A stretch of DNA of 64,000 nt from Tortispora ganteri. Lineage: Eukaryota. The stretch is from the NCBI GenBank assembly GCA_003707115.1, contig PPNB01000005.1, positions 124,001-188,000 on the forward strand, read 5' to 3'. A program made the translations under genes and the position numbers. Below the pieces are notes generated by a model. That model searched no databases, was not told the origin of the DNA, and was given only the letters and a program-made list of their open reading frames with translations. Shown piece by piece: positions 33,962 through 44,610 of this stretch; position 1 is the stretch's first letter, and every line of letters starts with the position of its first letter.

Positions 33962-33971
33962 CCCTAACCCT
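33962..33971 (+). promoter_or_regulatory. Telo-box/Tbf1-like element CCCTAACCCT upstream of SUP45
   Basis: Tandem TTAGGG-like unit that recurs in many promoters of this window. Confidence 0.5.
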
Positions 33972-34171
33972 TAATTTATTTTTTTCTTAAACATTTTCGC
34001 TTTCCTTTCAAAATCTAACGCCGTTATTCTTTTTTCTTCACCTTAGATAGGCAGATTAAAGTGCGTTAAAATTTGAGACTGTATATTTGAGACGCTAGTA
34101 TTGCTTTATATATACATAACGTGAAAAGATTGTGTTGTTATTTGTGAATTCGCTGCAAGAAAGGAGTCAAC

Positions 34172-35476
34172 ATGGCAGGCCAAGACAACGAAGCCGAGAA
34201 GAACATCGAAATATGGAAGATCAAGAAACTGATCAAATCGCTTGAAGCTGCTCGTGGAAACGGCACTAGTATGATCTCATTGATTTTGCCACCTAAATCT
34301 CAAATTTCACAAGCGGCAAGAATGCTTGCTGATGAGTATGGTACTGCATCTAACATCAAATCTCGTGTAAATCGCCTTTCGGTGCTTGGTGCCATTACAT
34401 CTACTCAACAAAGATTGAAATTATATAATAAGGTACCACCTAATGGTTTAGTGGTATACTGCGGTGAAATTATTACTGACGAGGGCAAAGAGCGCAAAAT
34501 CAATATCGACTTTGAACCCTTTAAACCAATTAACACATCGCTCTATCTTTGTGACAACAAGTTTCACACTGAGGCGCTATCAGAGCTTCTTGAAAGCGAC
34601 GCCAAGTTTGGATTCATAGTCATGGATGGTAACGGTGCACTTTTTGGTACGTTATCGGGAAACACACGTGAGATTTTGACCAAATTTACCGTCGATTTAC
34701 CTAAGAAGCACGGTCGTGGTGGTCAGTCATCGGTGCGTTTTGCTCGTCTGCGTGAAGAGAAACGCCATAATTACGTTAGAAAGGTCGCTGAAGTTGCCAC
34801 TCAATGTTTTATCTCGGCAGACAAAGTTAATGTCGCTGGACTAGTGCTTGCAGGTTCGGCTGATTTTAAGAACGAACTGAACGGCTCAGACCTATTTGAT
34901 CCAAGATTGCAGTCAAAGGTCATGAAAATTGTTGACGTGTCTTATGGTGGAGAGAACGGATTTAACCAGGCAATTGAATTGTCTGCAGAAACTCTTAGCA
35001 ATGTCAAGTTCATACAGGAAAAGAAACTTATTCTGAACTACTTCGACCAGATTGCTCAGGACACTGGTCGCTTCTGCTATGGTGTTGAGGACACTTTAAA
35101 GGCATTAGACCTGGGAGCGTGCGAGACAATTATAGTGTATGAGAGTCTGGACGTCATGCGCTATGTTCTGAAAAACTCTGCCGGTGAGGATGTAGTGATC
35201 AACTGCACCAAGGAACAAGCAGCTGCAGACAACCGAGCTATCTTCCAAGATAAAGATACAGGGTCTGAGATGGAAATGGTTTCAGAGCAGTCATTGCTCG
35301 AGTGGCTGGCAGAGCACTATAAGGACTACGGAGCTCAACTGGAATTTGTTACTGATAAGTCTAGTGAGGGCGCACAGTTTGTCCGAGGATTTGGTGGTAT
35401 TGGTGCGCTACTGCGTTACAAGGTCAATTTCGAGCAGCTCGTTGATGAATCTGATGATGAATATTATGATGACTAA
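34172..35476 (+). CDS. SUP45: Eukaryotic release factor 1
   Basis: TASNIKS, YLCDNKF and GRGGQS motifs. Confidence 0.98.
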   Translation: MAGQDNEAEKNIEIWKIKKLIKSLEAARGNGTSMISLILPPKSQISQAARMLADEYGTASNIKSRVNRLSVLGAITSTQQRLKLYNKVPPNGLVVYCGEIITDEGKERKINIDFEPFKPINTSLYLCDNKFHTEALSELLESDAKFGFIVMDGNGALFGTLSGNTREILTKFTVDLPKKHGRGGQSSVRFARLREEKRHNYVRKVAEVATQCFISADKVNVAGLVLAGSADFKNELNGSDLFDPRLQSKVMKIVDVSYGGENGFNQAIELSAETLSNVKFIQEKKLILNYFDQIAQDTGRFCYGVEDTLKALDLGACETIIVYESLDVMRYVLKNSAGEDVVINCTKEQAAADNRAIFQDKDTGSEMEMVSEQSLLEWLAEHYKDYGAQLEFVTDKSSEGAQFVRGFGGIGALLRYKVNFEQLVDESDDEYYDD

Positions 35477-35693
35477 GCCATGCCCCTCTAACCTCCACGA
35501 AAACATATTTGCGGATCGCAATTGAGACGCATATATACAGAAAGTGGGAAGATAAGGACAATGACAAGGAACGACACGTTGTTGGCTAATTATGGGATTA
35601 TGGAATTCGATGTTTCTTTGTATACCTTATCCTTCCTTTGCGATATAAAATTTTATATAAGAATATATACATATGTATTTTCTGCTGCTAACT

Positions 35694-36566
35694 CTATTCG
35701 ACCGTATCTACTTCGTCTAGCAGTGTCTGGTAGGAGAAGTCGGGTGAACCATTGTAGAAGTCGGAGATCAGTTTGAGTCTACGCTGTCCACGCGCCGTAG
35801 AGAGGTCGGCTGTGTAGAATTTTTGCATTGATAAAAGCAGAAACTGGACGTCGGAGGTGCTAATAACGTCAGTGTCCACCTGACCTGCCATTAATACCAA
35901 ATTCTTCTTATGACTGAGCAAGTCTGAATGGAATGATATCATTGAGTGCGGACGGGCAAATTCTTGGTGCAGTTTGTACTCCTCGAGTGGCGTGATAATC
36001 AGATGAACAGTATGTCTCTCTGGAAATGACCATTGGAGGTAATGCATTTCATAGCCGTTATCCCGAGGAACCGGCAGCAAGAACAAAGGGTACTCCCTGG
36101 CGACCTGTCGCATTCTGGCATAAGTGGTAGGATCCAATGCTGCCGAGACACTGTATTCGCCCTGGTGTCGAGCACGCCATAAATATTCTATTGATTTTTC
36201 GTCTAACTCGATCATTTTCTCGACATCGACGAAAGAGTCTAGAGTTTTAATCTTTTGGGATTCGATGTTGTTAGTTTTTGTGTTTCTGGCGGTCGAAGTA
36301 GAGCCTTCAATGGCTGAAGATTCCGGGCTGGATTTATTTAGTTTCTTTTCAAACAAATGTTTCATCTCAGGAGCAACATGTTGTTTCGGTTTTGCGGATG
36401 CGCGTTTTATGAGCTCTTCTGTGGATATGCCGAGTTCTTTCGCTTTGGCTTCGATTTGATTTATGTATTTTGAGGTCAGTTCGGATTTGCATCGTACAGC
36501 GATTCTCAAGGGCAGTAGAGGAGCATAAAGGCATCGCGACCGACTGAACAAAGTAGTTCTAAGCAT
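35694..36566 (-). CDS. ATP11: F1-ATPase assembly chaperone Atp11
   Basis: Presequence; IKTLDSFVDVEK, YPLFLLPVPR, EMHYLQW, LEEYKLHQEFARPH. Confidence 0.9.
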   Translation of the reverse strand: MLRTTLFSRSRCLYAPLLPLRIAVRCKSELTSKYINQIEAKAKELGISTEELIKRASAKPKQHVAPEMKHLFEKKLNKSSPESSAIEGSTSTARNTKTNNIESQKIKTLDSFVDVEKMIELDEKSIEYLWRARHQGEYSVSAALDPTTYARMRQVAREYPLFLLPVPRDNGYEMHYLQWSFPERHTVHLIITPLEEYKLHQEFARPHSMISFHSDLLSHKKNLVLMAGQVDTDVISTSDVQFLLLSMQKFYTADLSTARGQRRLKLISDFYNGSPDFSYQTLLDEVDTVE

Positions 36567-36872
36567 AATAAGGTAGTCTTTGTATTGGGCTGTTGTGGAG
36601 CGAAGAAGGGTACAGATTCTGTCGAAGATGAAGAGTTATAGTAGGATGTATGTTGAGAGTTACCCGATTGGGACACAGAAGCAGCCAAAAGGATGACAAT
36701 AGGGAAGGAGAGTAGCCAGGACGGTGATTGGTGCCAGCAGAAAAGGTCGTAGCAGTGAAAATATATAATAAAGCCTCCTTAGAGCTGAGAGTATGGATTT
36801 TGGGCACATAAAAGGGAGGCGAATCAGGAAGAGGGGATTGTGGTGCTGTTCGATGAAGAATGAGCCAACCGG

Positions 36873-37520
36873 TCATTCAGGATGTTGTCTGCGCTGTTCT
36901 GGAAACCACCATGCAGGAGGTGCAAGAGGTCTAGAGCCAGATGCCAGAGACGGGTATATGTCCTCAAAGAAAAAGTAGATGTGACCGACGGCAATACCTA
37001 CTATATCTGCGGCGGCGAGACCGCGGTCTCTAAAGATAGACGTGGCCAGAAAGGCCCAAGGAAGGAAGGGTGCTCTGAAGACGAAGAGTCCCAGGAAAGA
37101 GACTTGAACATGTGGATTTCGGCGGGACCAGATGTAGACTAGTGCCAATGCGAGCGGAGAGCCAAGTATAGTAAGCGAGAAGAACGAGGAGACAGCGATA
37201 AGAGTGGCACTACATACAAGGATAAGCCATAGGAAGTCTGTAGTTTTTGTGTATCCCTCTTCGATCATCTGACAATTGCGGGCAAGAAAGTATAAATGTA
37301 TACATAATTCGAGGCTGAGCGGTCCGTTATAAAGGAAAGTGGTGACGATCCTCCATAGCTGTAGCTGCTGGAATGCAGTGGCAGCAGTATAATAGAGCTG
37401 GAACTCTGAGATAATGTTAGCTTGGACGAGCACAGATGTAGCAATTGATCCAAGAATCCAGTAGCGGGTAACAGGTGGTACGCCAAAGAACCATGCTTCT
37501 AGTGGGATGGCGTTGTCCAT
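36873..37520 (-). CDS. DER1: Derlin (ERAD rhomboid pseudoprotease)
   Basis: VPPVTRYW, QLWRIVTTFLY, YIWSRRNP, FRAPFLPW, GIAVGHIYFFFED. Confidence 0.9.
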   Translation of the reverse strand: MDNAIPLEAWFFGVPPVTRYWILGSIATSVLVQANIISEFQLYYTAATAFQQLQLWRIVTTFLYNGPLSLELCIHLYFLARNCQMIEEGYTKTTDFLWLILVCSATLIAVSSFFSLTILGSPLALALVYIWSRRNPHVQVSFLGLFVFRAPFLPWAFLATSIFRDRGLAAADIVGIAVGHIYFFFEDIYPSLASGSRPLAPPAWWFPEQRRQHPE

Positions 37521-37665
37521 AGTAATTTGAATGGTGAATGTAGAGATTCAGGTGTGTGTGTGTATGGTAAAGTTAGATCCATAAGGTAGCGCTAATACGT
37601 GGTAATATGGCGAAGTTGTGATGAGTGACATAATAGATAACAGGAAGTAAATAAAATAAAAAATT

Positions 37666-39876
37666 TTATAGCGATTGAGGCATGTTCATAATTAAAACAA
37701 CAAGTGAAGTCCAACCTGTAAATGGTTTGCCTCCTTTACCGTATCCGGTGTCTGGGTCGTACTGTTCCCAGAGGTAGCCAGTTCGATTGTGTTCATTGTA
37801 AACGGTATTTACGAGATTCTGTCGTAGTTCCGTGTAAACATTCGAGATTTTATCATGGAGTGGACCTTTAATCTCTTGTCCGTATTTCTTAAGCGCGTCA
37901 AGTACCATATAGTTAATATTGATCCAGATTGGGCTGCGCCAGTAGTTCTCTTCGGTGCCATAATCTGGATCCTGCTTGCTGAGACTACGCAAGCCGTACG
38001 GCGACCATATAGTTTCAGGGTCACGCATGAAATCAACGATAGACTCTATATGCGGATTCTCTGCATCTAAAAGTTGCAACATAAACGGGAATAGTGACAG
38101 ATAACCTTTGCGACATGCAGGTACAGACTTACCTTCAACTACTGCGAGGTCGCAGTATGAATTTTCACTCTCGATCCAATGTAAATCCTCAATATTTCGT
38201 ATAATCGCATTGTAGTCTTCCTCAAAATCCTCAGCATCTTCTGTCTCACCGATATAGAGAGCAAACTTCAGCATCGCCCGTGAAAATGCGCCGACCCAGC
38301 TGAGTAGGTCCACGTTCAGTTCGCCGCTATTAAGTACGTCTGCGCGCGGATAATCGTCGAGTCCAGACGCAAAACAGTGTGTGGCCGTACGATCGCGCCA
38401 ACGGTAGCCTTCAACAGACGAGAAACTACGGCGGTCGTATGATCTGATCTCGCCACGTTGTGTACGTCTGAACCATTCGTAGTGCGTTTTGACGGACTGG
38501 TAGATTTTTTTAAATGCGGCAGTCATCTCAGTGTCTGCCTCGCCGTACACGTCTAAGTCATCAAATTCCGATTGTTCAGCACGTGCACCAAACCCGTGTA
38601 GTTGATCAATTATGTTCGACAAGGCCATGACTAGCGTTGGTGGATTTGCAGTGTACGGATACTGTACCTGGAAATCTGGCGGGACGCGTGAACGCGCTTC
38701 AGGGCCGAGAATCTGTTCGCGCGCAATCCAGCCGTCTTCGTCAACAAGCGAAAACCAGCTCTCAAGGATTTCAGCAGCGAGATCTAGATCATACGGGATA
38801 ATCGGTAGCAAATGGAACCCCTCATCCCAGTAGAATCCACGCGGGAACTTCGACCGACTTGGTGTACATGTGAATAAATTATAAGGACCTTCTTCTTCGG
38901 CGTCTTCAGGTAGTACACGATCTTCTAGCACTGATTCGTCAAATACCTCGACATGCAAGTTCGTTCGGTCGACGAGCATCTTGCCATAAAAGGCACCAAT
39001 ACCGCCTAACAGATCTGAGAGTACCTGTTTACCGAAATTTATATATTCGGGCGTGTCAAAGGGTGCCTGTAAGTTATAAGTATCCAAAAAATGCTGATCA
39101 ATACGCTCTAAAGTCTGGTCATATTTCTGCTGCACGTATACCGGCAGTGGTGCCGACTTGGATGCCGCAAAGGAGATATCAAAAGTGAAGGGCTTGTCGA
39201 CGATCACCTGAACAAACAAGCCATTAGCAGAAGGCGATAGAACTTGTGGGAGCAGCATATAGTCTATATTATTAAGCGCTTTAATTTCTTCATCCGAATA
39301 TGTTTCCTGTAACTTTCTGAGACGTAACTGGATTAGTTCAGCGAAAGCGTCAGTGGCGCGGTGCCGGTTTTCTTCGACTACAGGGAAAGACGCGAAAGAA
39401 TGAAGTGAAGGGATCTGAAATTTGTAGTCTTTATGCATAGAAGCAACTGTAAGTGTATCAGGACTTTGACGGATATCGAAACTGTCGGTGGCACCGTTAA
39501 CGTGCAGGTACGTGAGAAAGGAGACTGGTCCTTTAGGTTCGACTAACACGCGAATGACGTAGCCATGTTGCGATTTGATAAATCGTGTTTCAACGACTAC
39601 TTTGTGACCATCATCATTGACAATATGTCTTCCGCCTATTCGTGGGTCGAAATCCGTCCAACCATAGCCATTCAGAGCAACGTCATTGTCGCACGTGTAC
39701 CTGATGGGTACAGACGTGTTCATTTCAAATGAGTGCCATAAAAACGACAAAGTAGGTAGTTCTGGGTCGCGCGATCTAAACCCAGAAAAAACTCCAGGAT
39801 TGTACGGTCCCCATAATAGATCCTGGCTATTACCGGCTAGTACACAGCCAATCACACAGATTAGCAAGTGCAACAT
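37666..39876 (-). CDS. CWH41: ER glucosidase I (GH63)
   Basis: LLWGPY, PSRSKFPRGFYWDEGFH, GWIAREQILG, ASGLDDYPR, ENYWRSPIW, FTGWT. Confidence 0.95.
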   Translation of the reverse strand: MLHLLICVIGCVLAGNSQDLLWGPYNPGVFSGFRSRDPELPTLSFLWHSFEMNTSVPIRYTCDNDVALNGYGWTDFDPRIGGRHIVNDDGHKVVVETRFIKSQHGYVIRVLVEPKGPVSFLTYLHVNGATDSFDIRQSPDTLTVASMHKDYKFQIPSLHSFASFPVVEENRHRATDAFAELIQLRLRKLQETYSDEEIKALNNIDYMLLPQVLSPSANGLFVQVIVDKPFTFDISFAASKSAPLPVYVQQKYDQTLERIDQHFLDTYNLQAPFDTPEYINFGKQVLSDLLGGIGAFYGKMLVDRTNLHVEVFDESVLEDRVLPEDAEEEGPYNLFTCTPSRSKFPRGFYWDEGFHLLPIIPYDLDLAAEILESWFSLVDEDGWIAREQILGPEARSRVPPDFQVQYPYTANPPTLVMALSNIIDQLHGFGARAEQSEFDDLDVYGEADTEMTAAFKKIYQSVKTHYEWFRRTQRGEIRSYDRRSFSSVEGYRWRDRTATHCFASGLDDYPRADVLNSGELNVDLLSWVGAFSRAMLKFALYIGETEDAEDFEEDYNAIIRNIEDLHWIESENSYCDLAVVEGKSVPACRKGYLSLFPFMLQLLDAENPHIESIVDFMRDPETIWSPYGLRSLSKQDPDYGTEENYWRSPIWININYMVLDALKKYGQEIKGPLHDKISNVYTELRQNLVNTVYNEHNRTGYLWEQYDPDTGYGKGGKPFTGWTSLVVLIMNMPQSL

Positions 39877-39991
39877 AGGTTTGAGTCTGAGAGTGAAATC
39901 TGTCCTCGACGAAATACACCAAAAAACTTTAATCTCTCCATCCCACTTCCCCTAACTTATATTTCTTTTCTTTTGAATAGATTAATATCAC

Positions 39992-40627
39992 ATGGATGAT
40001 TCTGGTATCGTTCCATTTTATGCCACTTATGTTCGATACCCGAGCGGTGATATTATTGGCTACTTCTTTGCCTTCTGTTCGCTCGTTCCGATCTTGTTAC
40101 TTAACAACATGGCATGCGAATTGCTATCTCGACGCGAAATCGAGACCGGTATTCTCGCAGCCGGTCAATGTGGATCAATTGTCTTGAATTATATCTTAAA
40201 ACGCATAATTAAACAACCACGTCCACATTCAGATGATTATGGTATGCCAAGTGCTCATGCACAGTTCTTTGGCTACTTTTCCACTTATTGCATTCTCTGG
40301 ACCTACACTAACGGGTCGCACTTTCCTCCTTTGAAGCGTCGACTTTACTACATAGTCTGTATTTTAGGCCTCGCCTGCGTGCCTGCATCCCGCGTGTACC
40401 TGGGATATCACACTATTCTACAAACAGTTGTCGGTGTAGTTGTCGGCGCAGTTACGGGTTACGCATGGCTAAAATGCAGCATATTCCTGCGCAAAAAGGG
40501 GATACTCGACTTCCTCCTTCACACAAAACTGTTCAAGTTTTTCTATATAAAAGATACAGCATTGACACGCAACTTTGTCGCTGAAGAACACCACGAATGG
40601 CTCGCAGCGACGAAAAAGGTGCAATAA
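39992..40627 (+). CDS. CAX4: Dolichyl pyrophosphate phosphatase (PAP2 family)
   Basis: KRIIKQPRP, YGMPSAHAQF, SRVYLGYHT motifs. Confidence 0.9.
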   Translation: MDDSGIVPFYATYVRYPSGDIIGYFFAFCSLVPILLLNNMACELLSRREIETGILAAGQCGSIVLNYILKRIIKQPRPHSDDYGMPSAHAQFFGYFSTYCILWTYTNGSHFPPLKRRLYYIVCILGLACVPASRVYLGYHTILQTVVGVVVGAVTGYAWLKCSIFLRKKGILDFLLHTKLFKFFYIKDTALTRNFVAEEHHEWLAATKKVQ

Positions 40628-40655
40628 CACATACCTTTTTGTCATGCATAGCCAA

Positions 40656-42152
40656 TTAGTCCCCAAGATCAGGGTCCACATTCTCAATGTCTATATATGA
40701 CACTTGATTATTGTATGCAGACGCTTTGATCTCAACTATTCGGTTGCGTGGAAACTCTAAAAATGGAATATCTGTCGCAGAACACGCCATCAGGTATCCA
40801 TACAGTACCCGCAGCACCGACTTGTGCGCAATGATTAATAGATCTTCCCGCGACGTCCTCTCCAGCTCCAATATGACGGGTTCCATCCGCACAGCCACAT
40901 CATGGTATGACTCCGCGCGAGGATAGCGGAAATTATATGGGTCTTTAACGAATTTCTCCACTTCTTTTGGATACTGTTCTGTAACTTCTTCGTAAGTCAT
41001 CCCGTCGCAGATCCCCGGGTGCATCTGCGCCAATTGCGCCCGTTCACGCACGGGGTATCCTTTTTCTGCAAACCCAGCAGCTGTCTGAATAGTCCGGCTG
41101 CGTGTAGATGTCCACACAACTAGTCCACGTTTCGGTAGCTCCGTACCTGCTGTAGCATTCTCGTCCTGGTGCTCTTTTTCCCTATGTACCTCCAGCGACG
41201 CACATAACTTCTTAGCATATTCCCTACCTTCTTCTGACAAATCAGAGTCAATCTTATACCTGATTTCGCCTCCCTCAGGCCTTCCAGCACGTGCAAAAAA
41301 CACTGATCCAAATCGGCGCTGCACGTTCATCAGGTACAACAGAATCCTGTTCGCCATGTAACCCATGCGTAGTCCGTTTAGCACTAGTCTTTCGCCGTAA
41401 TTGATTAGTTTAATATAGTTAGAAGTGGCTTCAGACTCTCCAATCGTTTCAAATTGCGGAATCCGGCTATGAATGCGGTTCAAGTAATCTTCGATCGCTT
41501 TCTTTTCATCCCAGCCCTGGTAGTCCGGCGACAAGATTTTGACCTCGCGTACATTTTCTTCGATCAATGCTTGGTCCGTGCATACGCTTTCAATAAAAAT
41601 GACCTGTATATTCTTCTTTTCAAACCACGTCTTTAAAGCTTTCCTGCCAGCGGCCGTGGGATTCACAGCGTCGAAGATCGCAACCTGGCCGCCCTGTTCC
41701 AATAGATACGCCGCAACATCGTTACGACAATTTGACATGATCCGCTGCCGAATCATGACGGTCTCAGAGGAAGCGTTCGGTAGGAAGTAATCTGCAGGGA
41801 TGTCATCATTCGGGATTTCTGCCCGCCGATAATCACCCAAGTGGAAAGCATGCGTCTTGACTCCAAGCCACCGCAGGTACCTGCAAAGGCCAACTGCCAA
41901 GTGTGTTTTACCGCGTGCGGGCAATCCAACAAGGGCAATGCAGATATGACCTGCGTGGAAAAGACGTCCAGAGTCTGTAGAGTACAATTGGCCTGGTGCA
42001 GGACCCACATCTTCACCGAAATCGTGTACAGCATCGACAAACACCGACGATTGTCGTCTGCGTCGCATAGGCATTTCTGTGACCCCTAGCTGTGGCGCAT
42101 CTTTTGTGTACTGATTCTTAAATAGCATCTTCCTTAAGTCATTTCGATCCAT
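40656..42152 (-). CDS. 6-phosphofructo-2-kinase/fructose-2,6-bisphosphatase, YLR345W-like
   Basis: PGQLYSTDSGRLFHAG, Walker A GLPARGKT, RYPRAESYHD; phosphatase RHG motif replaced by RAG. Confidence 0.88.
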   Translation of the reverse strand: MDRNDLRKMLFKNQYTKDAPQLGVTEMPMRRRRQSSVFVDAVHDFGEDVGPAPGQLYSTDSGRLFHAGHICIALVGLPARGKTHLAVGLCRYLRWLGVKTHAFHLGDYRRAEIPNDDIPADYFLPNASSETVMIRQRIMSNCRNDVAAYLLEQGGQVAIFDAVNPTAAGRKALKTWFEKKNIQVIFIESVCTDQALIEENVREVKILSPDYQGWDEKKAIEDYLNRIHSRIPQFETIGESEATSNYIKLINYGERLVLNGLRMGYMANRILLYLMNVQRRFGSVFFARAGRPEGGEIRYKIDSDLSEEGREYAKKLCASLEVHREKEHQDENATAGTELPKRGLVVWTSTRSRTIQTAAGFAEKGYPVRERAQLAQMHPGICDGMTYEEVTEQYPKEVEKFVKDPYNFRYPRAESYHDVAVRMEPVILELERTSREDLLIIAHKSVLRVLYGYLMACSATDIPFLEFPRNRIVEIKASAYNNQVSYIDIENVDPDLGD

Positions 42153-42500
42153 AGCGTAAACCAGCAGCTAAGGTACGCTCACTGATGCTCTAGATTGCCG
42201 TAATTGACTGTATCTGGGGTAGTAGCCTTTTGGGGTCTCTGCTGGAACTATCGATAACCATTCAAATACAGGGTTAGGGTCAAATTCACATGGTAACGTA
42301 AACCTCATTGACCCGTTTAAGATTTTTTTTCCTCCTTTACCAGTGAGAGAACCAAATTTCTCGCAAATAGAAACCTCAGCTAAACCGTAGTCCGTTGACA
42401 GTAGGGTAGCCAATTTTTCTGTTTATTAAGTATCTGCGATTTTGTGTGCAGTAGGAAAACTAATCACCTGAAAAGCAACCGCTAATATCAAGGACTGATT

Positions 42501-43640
42501 ATGTCTGTACCAATCGCACAGCTAGGAGCTCCTGGTAGCTTGCCGGCACCTGACGCAGTTATAGAAGTTCCCCAAAAATCTTGGTACGAAACTACACCTG
42601 TTTTGTCGCATATTTTTGCGGCTTATGAAGTTGTGGCTGCCAGAAGAAAGGCACTAGGCTTGACCAATCCTGGCTCCGCCGAGAACATCAACAAGGAAGT
42701 TGCCAAAGATGTGTTTCTGAAGAACAGCATGTTTACCGGTCTCAGAGCCGAACTTGCTAAAGGTTTATCTATTATGCCTTCTTTTCAAACTACTCACATA
42801 TTTTCGATCGGTGGTGTAGGTTTCCCTCCCTACCAATTTGGCACCTATTATGCTACCGACGATGTTTTCGCCCAAGCCGGAATCAGTTCTGACGGCTCTA
42901 TGAATGGCCGCTTCAACTTCCGCAACGGACCTAACATGATTTTCAAATCAGCTGCACAGGCCGCTCCCGGACAGCCGTTCATGATGCAGCTCGAACAAGA
43001 CGTCGCAGGCCCCGATTTCTCGCTCAACTTCAAGGCGCTCTACCCGTCAATCCTTGACAACACCTTGACCGGCGTTTTTGTCGGTTCCATGCTCCAGTCG
43101 GTCACCCCAAAGCTATCACTTGGACTTGAAACTATGTGGTCAAAGATGGCCGCTGCCCAGCCTGCTGACGCCGCCGTATCCTACATGGGTCGTTACGTTT
43201 CCGGAGATTGGATCGCTTCGGCGCAAATACAACCGCAGGGTATCCTTCAGGCCTCATTCTGGAGAAAAGTCGCTGAACGAGTTGAGGCTGGCGTAGAGTG
43301 TCAGATCACTGCTGGTGCCGCTGCTATGCGTAACGCCTCTCCTGAGATGCTCATGATGGGCGCTATCCCTGCTACTGAAGGTGTCACTACGCTCGGTGCC
43401 CGCTACGAATTCAAAACCAGCATGTATAGAGCACAAATTGATTCTACCGGTAAAGTCGCCTGCACGCTCGATCGCCGTGTACTCCCGAACGTCATGTTGC
43501 AATTCGCCGGAGAGATCGACCATGCTACAACTGCTTGCAAAGTCGGTGTCGGCATCCAGGTCGAATACGGCGGAGAAGAGCCTCCTTTCGGAGAGGACGG
43601 CACTCCTCTCGAACTCAAGCAGATTTCTCCCCCTGTTTAA
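42501..43640 (+). CDS. TOM40: Mitochondrial outer-membrane import channel Tom40
   Basis: LGLTNPGSAENINKEV, LQSVTPKLSLG, YRAQIDSTGKV, FAGEIDH. Confidence 0.95.
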   Translation: MSVPIAQLGAPGSLPAPDAVIEVPQKSWYETTPVLSHIFAAYEVVAARRKALGLTNPGSAENINKEVAKDVFLKNSMFTGLRAELAKGLSIMPSFQTTHIFSIGGVGFPPYQFGTYYATDDVFAQAGISSDGSMNGRFNFRNGPNMIFKSAAQAAPGQPFMMQLEQDVAGPDFSLNFKALYPSILDNTLTGVFVGSMLQSVTPKLSLGLETMWSKMAAAQPADAAVSYMGRYVSGDWIASAQIQPQGILQASFWRKVAERVEAGVECQITAGAAAMRNASPEMLMMGAIPATEGVTTLGARYEFKTSMYRAQIDSTGKVACTLDRRVLPNVMLQFAGEIDHATTACKVGVGIQVEYGGEEPPFGEDGTPLELKQISPPV

Positions 43641-44610
43641 ACGACATTTATTTTGACTGCATCGGTTGAAACAAACAGGGATCATTTCTTTAAATCTATT
43701 TTTTTTTCCCTTGTCCGCTTTTGTCCGCTTATGTCAAAGAGCACTTGCTCTCCTCTCTATCATCGATCTTGTCCTCCTACACTCTTCTTGTCCCGCTAAC
43801 GATTAACCCCTTTACAATTGCTCATTCCCGACCCAATTTTGCAATGTATATATACCTCGTGCAATTCTCTGTCGTACTTATGCATAATGCAGTCGTATAT
43901 TCCGCCAACGTAATCCACAATTTCGCAGTATTCTAACGTGGAGAAAGCACGTTCATTAATAAACTTTCTACCCCGCTGATGTTGTCATGACAACATGATA
44001 ATCTTACGAACACAATACTAACATTCGTCCCACCTGCTAGGGCTGCCATGTCTGGCGGGGCCAGCAGGGGGGGATAAGGTGCTCTCTTCCTCCTTCTTCG
44101 ACTACCAACACTTTGCTTGTAGATCTCCTTTATTGCGCTATTCCCACATTATTTCACGTATTCGAAGGAAACACACACACTTTTGTATAAATCAGGTAAT
44201 TTTGCTATACATTAATTACCTATTTAATTATCTTCTTCCTTGATTCCGACACGTGTTTGCCGACTTTCAAGCAGCCCAAGGTCTGTTTTTCCTCCCCACC
44301 TTATCCCCTCCTTGTTACTAAATATCGCAGCTGCTCTTCCGCTTCATAGCAGTTCTAAGATCGAAATTTTACCAATATCGTCGACAGCGTATTCTGGGTA
44401 TTCTATTGCAACCCGCTGCTCGCTCTTCACTCAACCCCACCATCTGCGTCACCTGTCCCCTCCACAGTGACGATACCACACTCTCCTGCTGTAGCAGGCG
44501 ACGGATACTGACTGCTACCTTCTTTAACACTGGCGCTTTTTACTATTCGTTATTGCGTTCTACGATAACCTTAGGTTGATTTTTCTAGAGAATAGCCGTT
44601 CTAAGATATT

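Noticed and set aside
11513..36566. ATP3, ATP4 and ATP11 within 25 kb as an ATP synthase cluster
   Set aside because: Separated by many unrelated genes; compatible with chance.
40656..42152. Loss of the catalytic His in the FBPase-2 domain, and of CX5R in OCA4
   Set aside because: Expected features of the YLR345W-like and Oca4 subfamilies, so not novel.
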